From contig CP068257.2 in the NCBI GenBank assembly GCA_009914755.4, positions 37,312,001 to 37,376,000 on the forward strand: a DNA stretch of 64,000 bases. Reading direction: 5' to 3'. The position numbers and the translations under genes were made by a program. This stretch comes from the human T2T-CHM13v2.0 reference genome, Homo sapiens. Below the pieces are notes generated by a model. It was not told the DNA's origin and made no database searches. It was given only the letters and a program-made list of their open reading frames with translations. Shown here in pieces: positions 43,613 through 56,911 of this stretch (position 1 is the first letter of the stretch; every line of letters starts with the position of its first letter).

Positions 43613-45050
43613 TCACATCTGTCTGCTAAAACAATAAGAAGTCATTGCTTTTGTCATGCTGTGACCTTGGTCAAGCCCCCTTTTCTGCCCTTAACTCCAG
43701 GAAGCTGGACTCCAGCAAAATCCTGCCCTTACACAAAGGCAAGCCCAGTAGGCCCTTGCCACATTGTTGGTGGTATTGTCCTTGTTAACCTGAGTGTTGG
43801 GGCTGCTGGGAGAGGAACCCACAGAGAGATCAGTGGCTTAGAAGGGTCCAGACCCAGCCAGTCTCCAACAGGGTGTGAGGACAGAGAAGAGGAGGTTGTC
43901 TTGCTGGGAATGGTGAGCACAGCCTCCCCAGAGAGGTGTGAGGCAGGAACAGGTGTGTTTCCACGCACCTGCACTCATGTCCCTCCGCAGGGCCCCAGCC
44001 TGCATTTTATGCCCCAGCCTTGTCTTCAGGGCTTCCCACCCCTTTTACTTTGTCCATCAGAACCCTTAGCCAGGTAATGATGGTTATTTGAAACTCCCCA
44101 TCTGATCACTCCAACCTCTCTGTCACATCTGAGTCAGATTCTGATGCTTGCTCTGTCTCTTCTAACTCCTTTTTTTTTTCCTTAGTAACCCTTGTAATTT
44201 TTTATTCAAAACCAGATATGTTGCACTGGGAAAATGGAACCCAATACTGCTTCCCACAGAGGCTTCTGCTCCTGTAAGTTGTGATATTCTGCATTTGCCT
44301 GTCTGCCTTTCCAATTTCGGGGTCAGTGGTTTGCCCTGTGACCTCAACTCCCTGACAGATCTAAGAATTGCTGCTTTGGGGGTTGTCAGGCTCTTTTCTT
44401 ACTGTGTGGATAGGAGTGATGACGTCCAAGCTCTTCACATGCCAGACCAGAAACTGCAAATGTCTCTATTCTTTCCATTCCCAGAATCCGCTACCTTCTG
44501 ATATCTGTCTATGGCATTGCCTCCAAGGCTCTGATGACCGTGAACTCCACCTGGGGGCCCTCTCCCTTCCCTACTCTCCGTTTCTATGTTTGCAACCTCT
44601 GTTAGGTCTAGCGAAAGGCTCTTTCCTCTAACAGAGGTTTCCCTGACACCCTGACTGAATCTTTGGATGCCCCCGCTCCATCCCCATCTTGGCACATTGG
44701 ATACACACCAGTCCCGTCATTGAGTACTGTCTCTCTTATGAGACGGAAGGCACCTTGAGCACAGAGCATTGGCCTGGTCATCTTCCCACCCCTAAGAGTG
44801 GATGCTTCACAAGTATTAGCAAGATAAATATCTATGATTTTAAATTCCCATCGTACCGCCAACCCATCTTGTATGCATTTCTAAAAATGTATTATCTTGA
44901 CATTAGAATACCTTTTAGGGAAGCACCTGTTGCTGTTTTCCAAAATATCTCAATACAGCTGCTTGGGGTGGAAATTAAGAATATGAGGATATGGATCAGT
45001 GTAAAAGAAATCACTGAATTGTGGCATTAGGAATTATCTTAAGAATTTGA

Positions 45051-45369
<319 letters not shown>

Positions 45370-45381
45370 ATTTGAGAAAGG

Positions 45382-45695
45382 GGCCCGGCACAGTGGCTCA
45401 TGCCTGTAAACCCAGCATGTTGAAAGGCCTAGGTGGGAGGATCACTTGAGCCCAGAAGTTCAAGATCAGCCTGGGCAACATGACAAAACCCCATTTATAC
45501 AAAAAATACAAAAATTAGCTGGGCTCGGTGGTATGCACCTGTGGTCCCAGCTACTTGGGAGGATGAGGTGGGAGGATCACGTGAGCCCCAGGAGTTCAGG
45601 GCTGCAGTGAGCCATGATCACACCACTGCACTCCAACCTGGGCAACAGAGTGAGACCCCATCTCAAAAAATGAAACCAAACAAACAAACAAAAAC
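45382..45695 (+). mobile_element. AluJ-like SINE, full length (old)
   Basis: gggcccggcacagtggctcatgcctgtaaacccagcatgttgaaaggcctaggtgggaggatcacttgagcccagaagttcaagatcagcctgggcaacatgacaaaaccccatttatac ... gcactccaacctgggcaacagagtgagaccccatctcaaaaaatgaaaccaaacaaacaaacaaaaac. Diverged TSD agaatttga(g/a)aaa(a)gg at 45367-45381 and 45696-45712. Confidence 0.9.
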
Positions 45696-46755
45696 AGAAT
45701 TTGAAAAAAGGAAAAGAGCAAAGTAGAGAGGCAGGAGAGACAAGGGGGCAGAGAGCTGAAAACCGTGAAGAGAGATAGGAGGCTGGAACCTAGCAAATGG
45801 CGCATGAAGGATGCTTTTAAGCACAGAAATATGTTTCCCAAAGTTGTTGGTGTTGCTGCAGCATAAATGCTCCAGCTCCCCAAGCCATTGGCCAAATCTG
45901 CACACACACACAATGCTTTGTGTGAATGTATTTATAATGGAGGGACCTGGAACTCCATGTCTCAGTAGACACAGAAAGAAATGGGGATTGTGCATGTGTG
46001 CGGGTGATGACATGGTCCCTGAACAGAATCAACTCAGCCAAAGCAGGAATTCAGAGGAATTGGACTTCCCATGACCAGCAGAGTGGGTTTGATGCAGCCT
46101 AGAACTTAAGAGGCCGAGTTACCACAGCTGACATCTGCAAACAGATGCACGAAAGCACAAATGAATGAACTCATGTAACATTCAGAGAGGACCCGATGTG
46201 TGGGCTCCATTTGTGATATAAGAGTCAACACTGGCCATGGGATAGAGTGTCAAAGAAATACCAATCGAGGCAGAAGTCGTATGGAGAAAGGAGGCCCTGG
46301 CAGGTCTGTCTGTTCCGTTGTATTTTGCTAAGGAGACTCAACAATGACTTAATCTACCTCAAATGGGGAGAACTCGTAGGGATTTGCAGCCACAATCAGT
46401 CAGCCATGAGCTAGGCAGCCATGCAGATGGAAAACAAAGACAATCTGACCACTGGATTCCTGGCCAGCCTCCTGTGTGGGTCTTCCGGGAACCCCGGGTG
46501 ACTGGTCCTCTCTGGAGGACAGAGACTGGGCTCAGGAATGGCCAGGAGTGGGACCACCTGCCTGGGTCATCAGCCCACTCTCACCTGGGTGCAAGCCTGG
46601 ACTGGCCCTGCTGCCCAAAGTTGATTAACCTGGGATTAAACAGCTAAAGAGTCAATCTTCCTCTCTCTCTCTCTTTCTCTCTCTCTCTCTTTTTCTCATT
46701 TCTATTATTTCTTTCCTAGAGCGAAAGTTCTGAGAAGCCTGCACCCTCATATCCC

Positions 46756-46913
46756 ATCTGTAAATCTTCTAGCTAGACGTCCCTTCAATAATCGCATTAT
46801 TCAATGCGAAGAAGAAACCCAAGATGTTCCCCCAATCTGTAAATCTTCTAGCTAGACGTCCCTTCAATAATCGCATTATTCAATGCGAAGAAGAAACCCA
46901 AGGTGTTCCCCCA
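46756..46913. repeat. Tandem duplication, 79-bp unit x2 (1 mismatch)
   Basis: atctgtaaatcttctagctagacgtcccttcaataatcgcattattcaatgcgaagaagaaacccaag(a/g)tgttcccccaa occurs twice head-to-tail, at 46756-46834 and 46835-46913. Each unit contains the 18-bp palindrome tcgcatt-attc-aatgcga. Confidence 0.9.
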
Positions 46914-48849
46914 AATATATAATACAACATTAATGTAGCTGCTGGGAGACATCACCAGAGATTGCATGGAAACTCTACAAAAGCAAAGCAAATCCAAACA
47001 AAAAACCCTCTGCACAAGGCCAAGGAGCTGAAGTAAGTTAAAATGAAACATCAGTAATATTGTTTGGGAAAACAAAGAATCATATAACACATGGCTTCTA
47101 AAAGAAATTTATTGAATGCTTTCAAACAGCTTGAACAACAGAGCTTGGCAGATTAACAGCCGTAAGTGTACCTGCAGGTGTATATCAAGTTCAGACATCT
47201 GATGCCAGGTCCCAGGCCCTGGCAAGGCCAGAAGGCCCAATATTAGACATAATCATTCTCGCTGAATGCCTTTTTCAAAGCCCATGTAATTCATTGCTGG
47301 GGTTGTATTTCATGTTTAGGTTGTCTGGCTTTCTTTGTTCTTAAGAAAACAACCAACCAATACCAGGAGGCCAAACGTTGTTTAGAATCATGAAACCATA
47401 GAATGTTACCACTGGGAGGCATCTTGGAAATTCAGACTCCAATTCTTCTGTTTTTCAGAAAAGCTAACTGGGGCTCAGGGAAAGAAAGCAAGTGGTCTCT
47501 TGGGCCAGAGGAAGGAGGAGTCCAAAAGAGGGAAGGGACAGCCCTTGGTAAAGAACCAGATTCCAGAGGGCACACAAAATACTGCTTCCTGGTTTCACAC
47601 CACCTAGACTTAATGATAACAATGACACCCACTGTGTGATTTTTATTTCCAGTTTATAAAGAGCTCTCAATTGGAATTTCTTTTGACTTTCACAATCTGT
47701 CTCTAAAGGCATGGATGTGACCTGCGTATTTCAGAGTAGGAAACCAAGATGTAGAGAGATTGGACCAAGATTCCAAGGACTGGGGCTTAGAAGTAAGTTA
47801 GCCACATCCTTTTCAGTTTTGAGAGCTGAATGGTCACTAGTATGAATGATGACTGTCCCAGGGAAACCAGAGGGCCAGGTCACCCCACCCGTGCCCCAAG
47901 CCCATGCCAGTCCCATTCAGCCATGTGGCTCCCAATCCCATCCTCTATTGCATTAGGCCTCATATTTTTCGAAGCACTTTTATGGTTCTCTTGTGCCAAG
48001 TAACCCAGTGAGTTGGGCAGGATGGGCATGCTGTGCCATTTACACAAGAAGAAATGGAGTGTTCAAAAGAGGCCATGTAAACCACGAGAACCGTGCAAAG
48101 ACAAGTTTCCTTAATTCAAATGCACATCCAGGGACCTTTAGTCCTGGGTACATCGAGGGTTCCTCAGGCCTGCTGTAGATCCAGACGTCTTAGCAAATCC
48201 AGGGTTCCTTACTCCTGCTCTAGAATTCTCTTTCCCACATACATTTACTCCACCCAGGGAAGAAGAGAGGAAGGAAGTATTTAATAGATTGTAACATATG
48301 AGATCCCCCAAAAAAGTGTTTTTAAGTTAAAGAAATAAATGATGGGGGGAGGGAAGAGGGACCTACCTTCAGTTCAGCCTCCAGGCAAATTTCCAAAAGG
48401 CTGGCATGTTGGAGTCAGCTCTGGAACAGCAGCCCCATCCCACTGAGTCTTGGGGGAGATAAGAAGGGTCTCAAGTCCCAACAGTCACAGAGCACTCAGC
48501 TAGTGGTCTCCTAAAAAGAATAAAGCCTCAGCTTGGTTAGGTTGGCTCTCTGGGCCAAATGACAACCTGAACTGGGGGCCCCAAATCTGGCAGCCCATGG
48601 AAATCACTTGGAAGCAGGGTTATTCCAGATCTGCGGAATCAGAGTCTGCTTTGAACCAGCTCTCCAGGCAATTCCAATGAGCAGGCAGATGGGAAGCAGG
48701 GATTTGAACAAGACTTCATTACTATTACAATTATGTAAAGTAATTTCTAAAATCTCCCTCTTCTTTCACATGAGATAATGAAAGAAACCCGTTTGATACA
48801 TTTTTTTGCATAAACTATATGATTGCTTTTTTTTACAATGTAGTTTTAG

Positions 48850-49040
48850 GGAATTTAGAGTCAGGCATGGGTTTGGGAAGCAGGACTTGGGTTGAGACTC
48901 TGGCCTTGACCCTAATGAGCAGTGAGACCTCGGGCAAGACATGTGACCTTCCCAAACCTCGGTTTTCTTAACTGTGAAATGGTGGTGATGATTGAATGAG
49001 CAGTGCAGGGCTCATGTGAGAGTCAAATTAAATAGTTTTT
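48850..49040. mobile_element. MIR SINE fragment
   Basis: gagcagtgagacctcgggcaagacatgtgaccttcccaaacctcggttttcttaactgtgaaatggtggtgatgattgaatgagcagtgcaggg follows the MIR 3' region (...ctctctgagcctcagtttcctcatctgtaaaatggggataataatac...). Confidence 0.55.
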
Positions 49041-50641
49041 ATAAACTGCCTTGTGCACTGGGAGCATTTGGAAAATGGAAGCTTTTAGGAACATTGCTGT
49101 GCTGTCTCTATCCTTGGTAATGTGGGCAATTCACAATGTGAAGGGTAATTTTTGCTTCTCTCACTGTATCACCGTGTCAGCAGCCCAGTTTAAGCCAGCA
49201 CAGTAGACCATAGACTCCCTACACTCTACTCCCAGCCCTGCAGTCTAAGACAGCATCTTGCGGGGATGAGTCTAAGGCAACTGCAGGGGCACAGATAAGT
49301 CCTTTTATTGGGCATTTTCCCCAGCTCAGGGTCAGACACGGATGCTCTTGGGTAACAAAGGAGTCCAGTGAAATCCCCTCCCAAGAGTAAAGCAGGAGAA
49401 TTGCCGTGGCAACCCCAACCTGAAAACAACGTAGGCATGCCAATGGTGCAGTGGGGGTTCAAGGGCGTGATTGGGAAAGTGTTATGGAAGTGTCTCAGCT
49501 AGACTTTGATGAACGCATGGGATTCGTGCAGGTAGAGATGGCTGGAAGTGCTCTCCGGGTAAAGGAACCAGCGCAAAGAAGAGCTCAGAGATGGGTTGTG
49601 GTGGGTCTGAGTTAGGGTGGCCATGAGACTTCATCAGACCGGTTGGTGCTGCTCCCACACTTGGGGGAGGGGAAGCATGTTGTCAGCCCTACCCACCCCC
49701 ACACTGCCTCCCCAGCAGATTGGGGCTGCCAGGGAGCTGGGATGGGCCCTTTCCTCATCCGTGCAGGGTGTTTCATTCCACAGGATGTGGCCGACCTGAA
49801 CCAAGGCCACGGCTTCGGCTCTACAATTAAGAAACCACCACAGTTCTGACTCTGCGAACAACAGAGGTGTTTATCCTGAGAGTTATCCAAGTTAAACTGG
49901 AGGACGCCTGTATGCTAGAAGGTTCTATGGAGGCACTGAAGAGGGGTGAAGCCACCATGATGTAAATTAAAGGTGACATCCTAGTCATGTGGTCTTTCTG
50001 ATGGACAGCACGAGAGCCAGGTCTGGATTGGTTTAAAAAAGTGGAGTTGGTTTCAAGGGCCACAAAGACAGCCTTCATAACTTTAAGACTCATTCCATAT
50101 GGGTTTAATACTTACAGTTCCTGAGAGCTAGGTGCTTTGCTTAGGCACGGAACGCATTGCCTTGCCATCCGAAGCCATGCATTCAAGACCATGAACTGTG
50201 AGTCAAATTAAATGTTGAGTGTTCCTTTTTCTGCAAGAAAATGGATGCCTCAGTTGAAAAGACAGATAAGAAGTGCAGAAAAAGAAAGCAAAGCAATCAG
50301 CGTTTCAAGATAACGATCCCACTCCATGGAATGTGGGCTCCAGGAGGCAGGCATGGGGTCCAGTCTCATTTACCTTTTTGTCACCTGTGTCTGGTAATTG
50401 GAAGTGCTCCATAAACAGTGGTTCAAGGAATGAAGTAAGAGAAACTCCTCTCCAGCTAATGAAAGTGAATGTTTCTATGGGGATGTGGCAGTTATGAGTG
50501 GCAGGGGCACTTGCTTTGTATTTAGGCTTCTGCATTCCCTTTAGCCCTTAAAAGAACATTCTCTAGGTAGAACATTTATCAGGACAGGCCCTGTTTTGAG
50601 AAAAATTGAAATATTGGCACTTTGTATCAAAAGCACAGGAG

Positions 50642-50892
50642 CAAGAACATGCGGTGTTTGGTTTTCTGTACTTGCGATAGTTTGCTCAGAATAATGGCTT
50701 CCAGCTTCATCCATGTCCCTACAAAGGACATGAACTCATCCTTTTTTATCGCTGCACAGTATTCCATGGTATATATGTGCCACATTTTCTTAATCCAATC
50801 TATCATTGATGGACATTTGGGTTGGTTCTATTTTTATATTTTATTTAGAATAATGTGTATCTATATTCGTAAATGAGATTTAAAAAAAAAAA
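50642..50892 (+). mobile_element. LINE-1 3'-end fragment (5'-truncated) with poly-A and 11-bp TSD
   Basis: caagaacatgcggtgtttggttttctgtacttgcgatagtttgctcagaataatggcttccagcttcatccatgtccctacaaaggacatgaactcatccttttttatcgctgcacagtattccatggtatatatgtgccacattttcttaatccaatctatcattgatggacatttgggttggttc matches the L1 ORF2-3'/3'UTR region. Followed by a short AT-rich segment and A11. Flanking direct repeat AAGCACAGGAG at 50631-50641 and 50892-50902. Confidence 0.85.
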
Positions 50893-50949
50893 GCACAGGA
50901 GAGCTACCGTGCCCTCTGGGACAGTTTCACATGGAGGAATTTTGCTTAC

Positions 50950-51068
50950 CTGACCGTCAGCAGGGTTCCCCAACCTGGAGTTCACTTGGAGGTGCTCATT
51001 AGAATGCAGGTTCCTAGGCCTACCAAACCAGATTCCCTGGGACAGGGCCAAAAATCTGCATTTTAAAA
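50950..51068. mobile_element. MER5-like hAT non-autonomous element fragment
   Basis: ggaggtgctcattagaatgcaggttcctaggcctaccaaaccagattccctgggacagggccaaaaatctgcattttaaaaaa has the typical MER5-type structure. Confidence 0.5.
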
Positions 51069-51077
51069 AATAATTTC

Positions 51078-52147
51078 AACTTCTATTTTAGATGCAGGGG
51101 GTACACATTCAGGTTTGCTACACAGATATATTGCATGACACTGAGATTTAGGATAGGAATGATCCTGTCACCCAGATAGTGGGCATAGCATCCAACAGTT
51201 AGTTTTTCAACCGTGTCCCCCTCCCTTCCTCTCTCCCTTTGGAGTCCCCAGTTTCTATTGCTGCCATTTTTAGGTCCATGAACACCCACTGTTTAGCTCC
51301 CACTTATAAGTGAGAACATGAGGCATTTGGTTTTCTGTTCCTGCATTTCATTCCCTTAGGATAATGGCCTCCAGCTACATCCATGTTGCTGCAAAGGACA
51401 TGACTTTGTTCTTTTTTAATTGCTGTGTCATATTCCATGATGTGCATGTACCACATTTTCTTTATCCAGTCCACCATGGACAGGCACCTAGGTTGAGTCC
51501 CTGCCTTTGCTATTGTGAATAGTGCTGTGATGAACATATGGGTGTGTGTCTTTTTGGTAGAATAATTTTATTTTGGGTACATACCCAGTCATGGGATTGC
51601 TAGGTCAAATGGTAACTCTGTCTTACGTTCTTTTTAAAAATTTTTTTTATTTTTAATTTTTGTGGGCACATAGTAGGTGTATATATTTATGGGGTACATG
51701 AGATATTTTGGTACCAGCACACAATGAGCAATAATCACATCATGAAAAATGGGGTATCCATCTCCTCAAGCATTTATCCTTTGTGTTACAATCCCATTAG
51801 ACTCTCTTCTCTTTTTAAAAAATTTGAAATATATTGGAAAACATGGTTTTTGTTTAGTTTTTTATTTAACTTTTAAGTTCAGGGGTACATGAGCAGGTTT
51901 GCTACACAGGTAAACTTGTGTCCTGGGGGTTTGTTGTACAGATGATTTCATCACCCAGGTATTAAGCCTAGCATTCATGTCAAGTTATTTGAGTAATCTC
52001 CAAGCTGCTTTCCTCAGTGGCTGAACTAATTTACACTGCCACCAACGGTGTATAAGCCTTCCCCTTTCTCCCCAGCCTCGCCAGCACCTGTTGTTTTAGC
52101 CATGCTGCCTGGTGTGAGATAGTATCTCATTGTGATTTTGATTCACA
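51078..52147 (+). mobile_element. Cluster of LINE-1 3'-region fragments (older L1P/L1M subfamilies), same orientation
   Basis: Three adjoining blocks, each matching L1 3' sequence: 51078-51630 (tttagatgcagggggtacacattcaggtttgctacacag ... cacttataagtgagaacatgaggcatttggttttctgttcctgcatttcattccc ... ccatgatgtgcatgtaccacattttctttatccagtccacc ...), 51640-51800 (tttttaatttttgtgggcacatagtaggtgtatatatttatggggtacatgagatattttgg ... catttatcctttgtgttacaatcc) and 51850-52147 (ttttaagttcaggggtacatgagcaggtttgctacacaggtaaacttgtgtcctggggg ... gctgaactaatttacactgccaccaacggtgtataagc ... gatagtatctcattgtgattttgattcacag). Confidence 0.8.
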
Positions 52148-54751
52148 GGGAATCTGCATGTCTGAAAGTTCCTCAGATGAATCGAGTAAATACTAACACT
52201 TGTGAGCTAGCACTGACTTCTTCAAGCAGCATGCCTATCACCTGTGACAGCTCCTTCTGGGGGATGTGGTGCACACAGCACACAGCCACCTCCCCCAGGA
52301 CCACCCTTTGACCTCCTTCAGTGGTGAAACCATCCCAGCTACCAACAAGTGCAGAGGCAGCAAAACCAAAGTAAACCAGGAAGAGAAGTAGGCAAGACCA
52401 TATATGTGACTAATAACAAAGTTTCTTGCAAAATAAAAAAGCCCTGTTATTTATGTCTGCAGTGACACCCTGACCACGCAGTCAGTGAGTGAGCAGGTTT
52501 ACAAGTTCTTGAAATGAATGTAAGCAGCACTATGGTATAATTATCTTTCCAAACTGCATTTCACAACCAGAAGACTGGCCTCCACTGGGGCCATTCCCCA
52601 GGCACCATCTACCCACACCTGGGAGCAGCCCCCAGTGGGCTTCAGATAATCCGCCCGCCAACCTTTACAATCAGCTCTTCATTCTTTCCTGTGTTCCCTC
52701 ACACCACATTCCTTCAGCTGATTGTGGTATGTCTCCTTACCCTTGGCAATTAGCCCTTATAAAGAAAAAAGTTTCACCTCCTGCAAGAAGCCTTCCTAGA
52801 TTACAAGAGAGCTGGTTCCTCCCACCTCCTCACCCCAACATCCCCAGTGAACATTTGCAGATCCCTGAGTTACTGAAGCCGTGCGGGAAGAATAGAAAAA
52901 CAAAGGAGAATCTAGAAGCAAATGCCAATTTTTTTTCTCTGTTTCCTGGTGGGCTTCAGCAGACGTAGGCTGAAAATGCATAGGCAAGGTGACCTGTGGG
53001 CTTTTCCTGCTGGATTAGACAAGCACATCCCAGGGTCAGCCTATGGGACATGGACGCAACTTGGTGCAGGGAACCATACTGAGTGCAGGATGCGGACGGG
53101 AAAGGATACTCAGGCCTTGTCCAAGGGCTCGGAGGGGTGCCTCTACCCATTGTCCATGTGTCTGGGCACCTGGGTGATGGAAGATGCCCCATTCGGTCGG
53201 GGGACAGGGCTGCCTGCACTGAGCCCCCAGGAGGCTGAAGAAAGCGTTTCCCCACCCCACCCCAGGCTCTGTTTGTGGATGTGGCCAGGTGACCTCAGAG
53301 AGCCGGCTGATCTGGGTGGGTGCAAGGGGTGGTTTTATAAGTTCAGGGTTCTTGCCTCTCTCCCCTCCCCATGGTGCCACTCTGCGGGGAATTTATTGGC
53401 ATTTTGGCAAATCTCAACTTGGTTCACTGCTACCTCTTCTTCCTAAAGACTTTCCAGGACTTCTTGGAGTGTGGGGGTGTTTTCAGAAGGAATCTGAGAG
53501 CACCTCCCCACCTCCCACACACATACACTCAGCCTGCAACGGTCTCTGTCATGCCAGGTTAGAGGAACCAGGCAGGCTGAGTGACCCGGGCATGTCTCCT
53601 TGTTTTCAGGAAAACCGCACAACTCGACAGAGAGGCATTGAAGCCACTCTTTCATGAATGAGTCAGGATGACAGGTGGAGAAGGATGTCCCCAGACCCCA
53701 GGGTCCCAAGCCCTTCACAGGAGAGGTGGGAGCATCCACCAGCCCTCCCTTAAGATAAGGCCACCTGCCACTGTGGTTTGGCTTATACCACAATATAAAG
53801 TCTAAAACAGCAACTTCTCTGTGAGAAAGCCAACCAGGGGACCCAAGGCACACAAGGCAGGGGGAAGGTACCTAGAATGGACCCGCAGGCCCCCGGCTGC
53901 CTTGTGGCTCCAGAGCCCCTGAGGACAGCAGCCCGGGGATGGACTTCGGCGCACTGTCATCCTGTGACTCCCACGCTTTCCCATGGGTGCGTTCTGGACC
54001 TTGATCACAGGCTTCCTCTGTTTCCCCAGCTGTCAGCAAGAACACAGAGTGGGTGATTCTTGTCTGGACCAAGGTATGCACAAAGGCGATTACTATGGCC
54101 TCCGAGATTTGCCTACAGCTTGAACCTGCCTCGCCTAAAAGGGCACCGGTTATGGAAGTCACCCTGTGTACCTGCCAAGCCCCAGCCCCAGTCAAAAGTG
54201 CTAAGCAACCCTGGGACAAAGCCAACTCCATCTCTCCTTTCAATGCACGCCAGCCACAGTGAATCCCTCAGCCCAATGGTGTCTTCGGGAGCCCCTCTCC
54301 ATGCCCCGTTCTTCCAGCAGCTCCCTGTTGAGGAACCAAGTGTGCCCAGCCAATTTCCCCCAGCACCCACTCCCTAACAAGCACTACTCAGGCTGTCATG
54401 GTTGGAACATCAAAGAGTCACCTCCCTTTGGAACTTTTTCACTAGCATCATTATAAAACACAGATCAATGTTCAAGAAATCCTCCAACCATGAGGAAATG
54501 AAGGAATTGGGGTTCAGTGGCCAGCAATTGCCCTTCCCCCAATCCCTGAACACAGTTAAAACTTAATCAAGTGAAATGCTCAAAAATGAGGAGTATAAGC
54601 TCATTTTCCCATCTGGTTCAAGGAAGCCATTGCAATCTCTGCACATCAGTGGCGAAAATCACAGTCTATCTTCTTGCCTTAGCAAGGGCAGTAGAGTCTA
54701 TATAATTTTATCTTGCTTGTTTGAATGCGGGAGTCTGTACCTGGGGGTCAT

Positions 54752-54897
54752 TTTTTTTTTTTTCTTTTGAGACAGGGTCTCGCTCTGTCGCCAGGCTGGA
54801 GTGCAGCGGCGTGATCTCAGCTCACTGCAAGCCCGCCTCCTGGGTTCAAGCGATTCTCCTGCCTCAGCCTCCTGAGTAGCTGGGATTACAGGTGTCT
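54752..54897 (-). mobile_element. 5'-truncated Alu (right arm only) with TSD
   Basis: Poly-T, then gagacagggtctcgctctgtcgccaggctggagtgcagcggcgtgatctcagctcactgcaagcccgcctcctgggttcaagcgattctcctgcctcagcctcctgagtagctgggattacaggtgt, which stops mid-element. Flanks cctgggggtcat / cctggggatcac. Confidence 0.85.
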
Positions 54898-55243
54898 GCC
54901 TGGGGATCACATTTCTATGGCAATTCCACAAGACCCCGAGATGGTGCTACAGTTGGCTGCTCCCTGGCGTTCATTGGAATGCGGCTGCATTTTCTAAATT
55001 CCTTTGTCCTCTTGTCTGACTCTCCTTTGCTTCTTTCTCCACAAAATTATTTGGCCAAAAAAAAAAAAAAAAGTTGAGTTAACTGGGGACTCTGGTTAGC
55101 TGTTCTGTAGTTGATGCAGGTATAATTATACAATACACGTGAACATTGGTCTAGAGCAGCGCCATCCGTTCATGACGTGCCCTATCCGTGCTATGCAAAT
55201 GGTAGCCGCTCACGACAATGGCAATGGAGGAATTGGATTTTAA

Positions 55244-55573
<330 letters not shown>

Positions 55574-55924
55574 AACTTTAATAATTTTAAATCTAAATAG
55601 CCACATGTGCTTTGTGGCTAGCTTCCTGGATGGGGCGGGAAGGACATTGATAGGCAGCTCACGGGAGCACTGGGCAGGAGGCCGTCTGGATTCAAATACA
55701 ACAGCCCTGTGCTGTCCACGTGTGGTTGTGGGAATTCACTGAGACGACTTAGCAGGAGCCCCACACTCAGTTTCGGGCACAGTGTAGATTCTCAGGAAAG
55801 CAAGGCCGTGTTGTTCTGATGGAACCCAAGGTTTGGGGTCTAGATTAGGCCAGCTTCAGCTTCTCCATCCCCCTGGTTTCTACACTCCTTCAGGCTCTTC
55901 CTAAGTCAGGCACTGTAGCAGGCT

Positions 55925-56088
55925 GGCTTGTGTCCTCAAAAAGGATATGTTTAAGTCCTAACCCCTAGTACCCGTGAATATGACCTTGTTTTGAAATAGG
56001 GTCTTTGCAGATGTGATCAGTTTAAAGGTCTTGAGATGAAATCATCCTGGATTGAGGGTGGGCCCTCCATCCAAAGACTGGGTGCTCT
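55925..56088 (+). mobile_element. MLT1 MaLR LTR 5' fragment, truncated by L1
   Basis: aagtcctaacccctagtacccgtgaatatgaccttgttttgaaatagggtctttgcagatgtgatcagtttaaaggtcttgagatgaaatcatcctggattgagggtgggccctc is a near-consensus MLT1 5' end. Confidence 0.8.
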
Positions 56089-56090
56089 TA

Positions 56091-56704
56091 TTTTAAGTTC
56101 AAAAGTACAACCGCAGGTTTGTTATATAGGCACACTTGTGTCATGGGGGTTTGTCGTACAGATGATTTCATCACCCAGGTATTAAGCCTAAAACCCATTA
56201 GTTGTTTTTCCTGATCCTCTTTTTCCTCCCACCCTCCAAAAGGCCCCAGTGTGTGTTGTTCCCTTCCGTGTGTCCATGCGTTCTCATTATTTAGCTCCCA
56301 CTTATAAGTGAGAACATGTGGTATTCGGTTTTCTGTTTCTGTGCTAGCGTGCGAAGGATAATGGCCTCCAGCTCCATCCACGTCCCTGAAAAAGACACGA
56401 TCTCGTTCTTTTTTATGGCTGCGTAGTATTCCATGGTGTGTATACACCACATCTTCTTTATCCAGTCTACCATTGGTGGGCACTTAGGTTGATTCTGTCT
56501 TTGCTATTGTGAGTGCTGCTGCAATGAACATTCCCTTACATGTGTCTTTATAATAGAATGATTTATATTCCTTTGGGGATGTACCCAGCAATGGGATTGC
56601 TCAGTTGAACGATATTTCTGTCTTTAGGTCTTTGAGGTATCGCCACACTGTCTTCCACAATGGCTGAACTAATTTATACTCCCACCAACAGTGTAAAAGT
56701 GTTT
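56091..56704 (+). mobile_element. LINE-1 3'-end fragment
   Basis: ttttaagttcaaaagtacaaccgcaggtttgttatataggcacacttgtgtcatgggggtttgtcgtacagatgatttcatcacccaggtattaagcc ... cacttataagtgagaacatgtggtattcggttttctgtttctgtgctagc ... tattccatggtgtgtatacaccacatcttctttatccagtctaccattggtgggcacttaggttgattc ... ggtatcgccacactgtcttccacaatggctgaactaatttatactcccaccaacagtgtaaaagtgtt. Confidence 0.9.
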
Positions 56705-56911
56705 GAAAGGGGTTACATTCCTTAGCCCCATCATGAGGACCTGGTTCAGTGAGCAGAGTTGAGGGAAGGTAAAACAGGACCTAGAAATGGCCACAGCTAG
56801 AGCGCCACCCGAGCTGCCAGGACCAGGCTGGACTCTGCACACGAGGTTGTCCGGGGCAGGGCAGGGCCAGGGCATGCCTGGAGCTGCCACCACTGTAGCA
56901 CAGAACACGGG

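Noticed and set aside
43568-44077. 169-aa ORF (+) and 174-aa ORF at 52922-53446 (+).
   Set aside because: The translations are low-complexity and Pro/Gly/Ser-rich, driven by GC-rich sequence. I recognize no conserved domain, and the overlapping reverse-strand ORFs are of similar length, which is typical of non-coding GC-rich DNA. Not called as CDS.
46756-46913. Direct repeats considered as a CRISPR-like array.
   Set aside because: There are only two copies, with no spacers, in DNA that is unambiguously primate (Alu, L1, MaLR). It is a simple tandem duplication. The same reasoning applies to the 110-bp duplication at 56912-57131.
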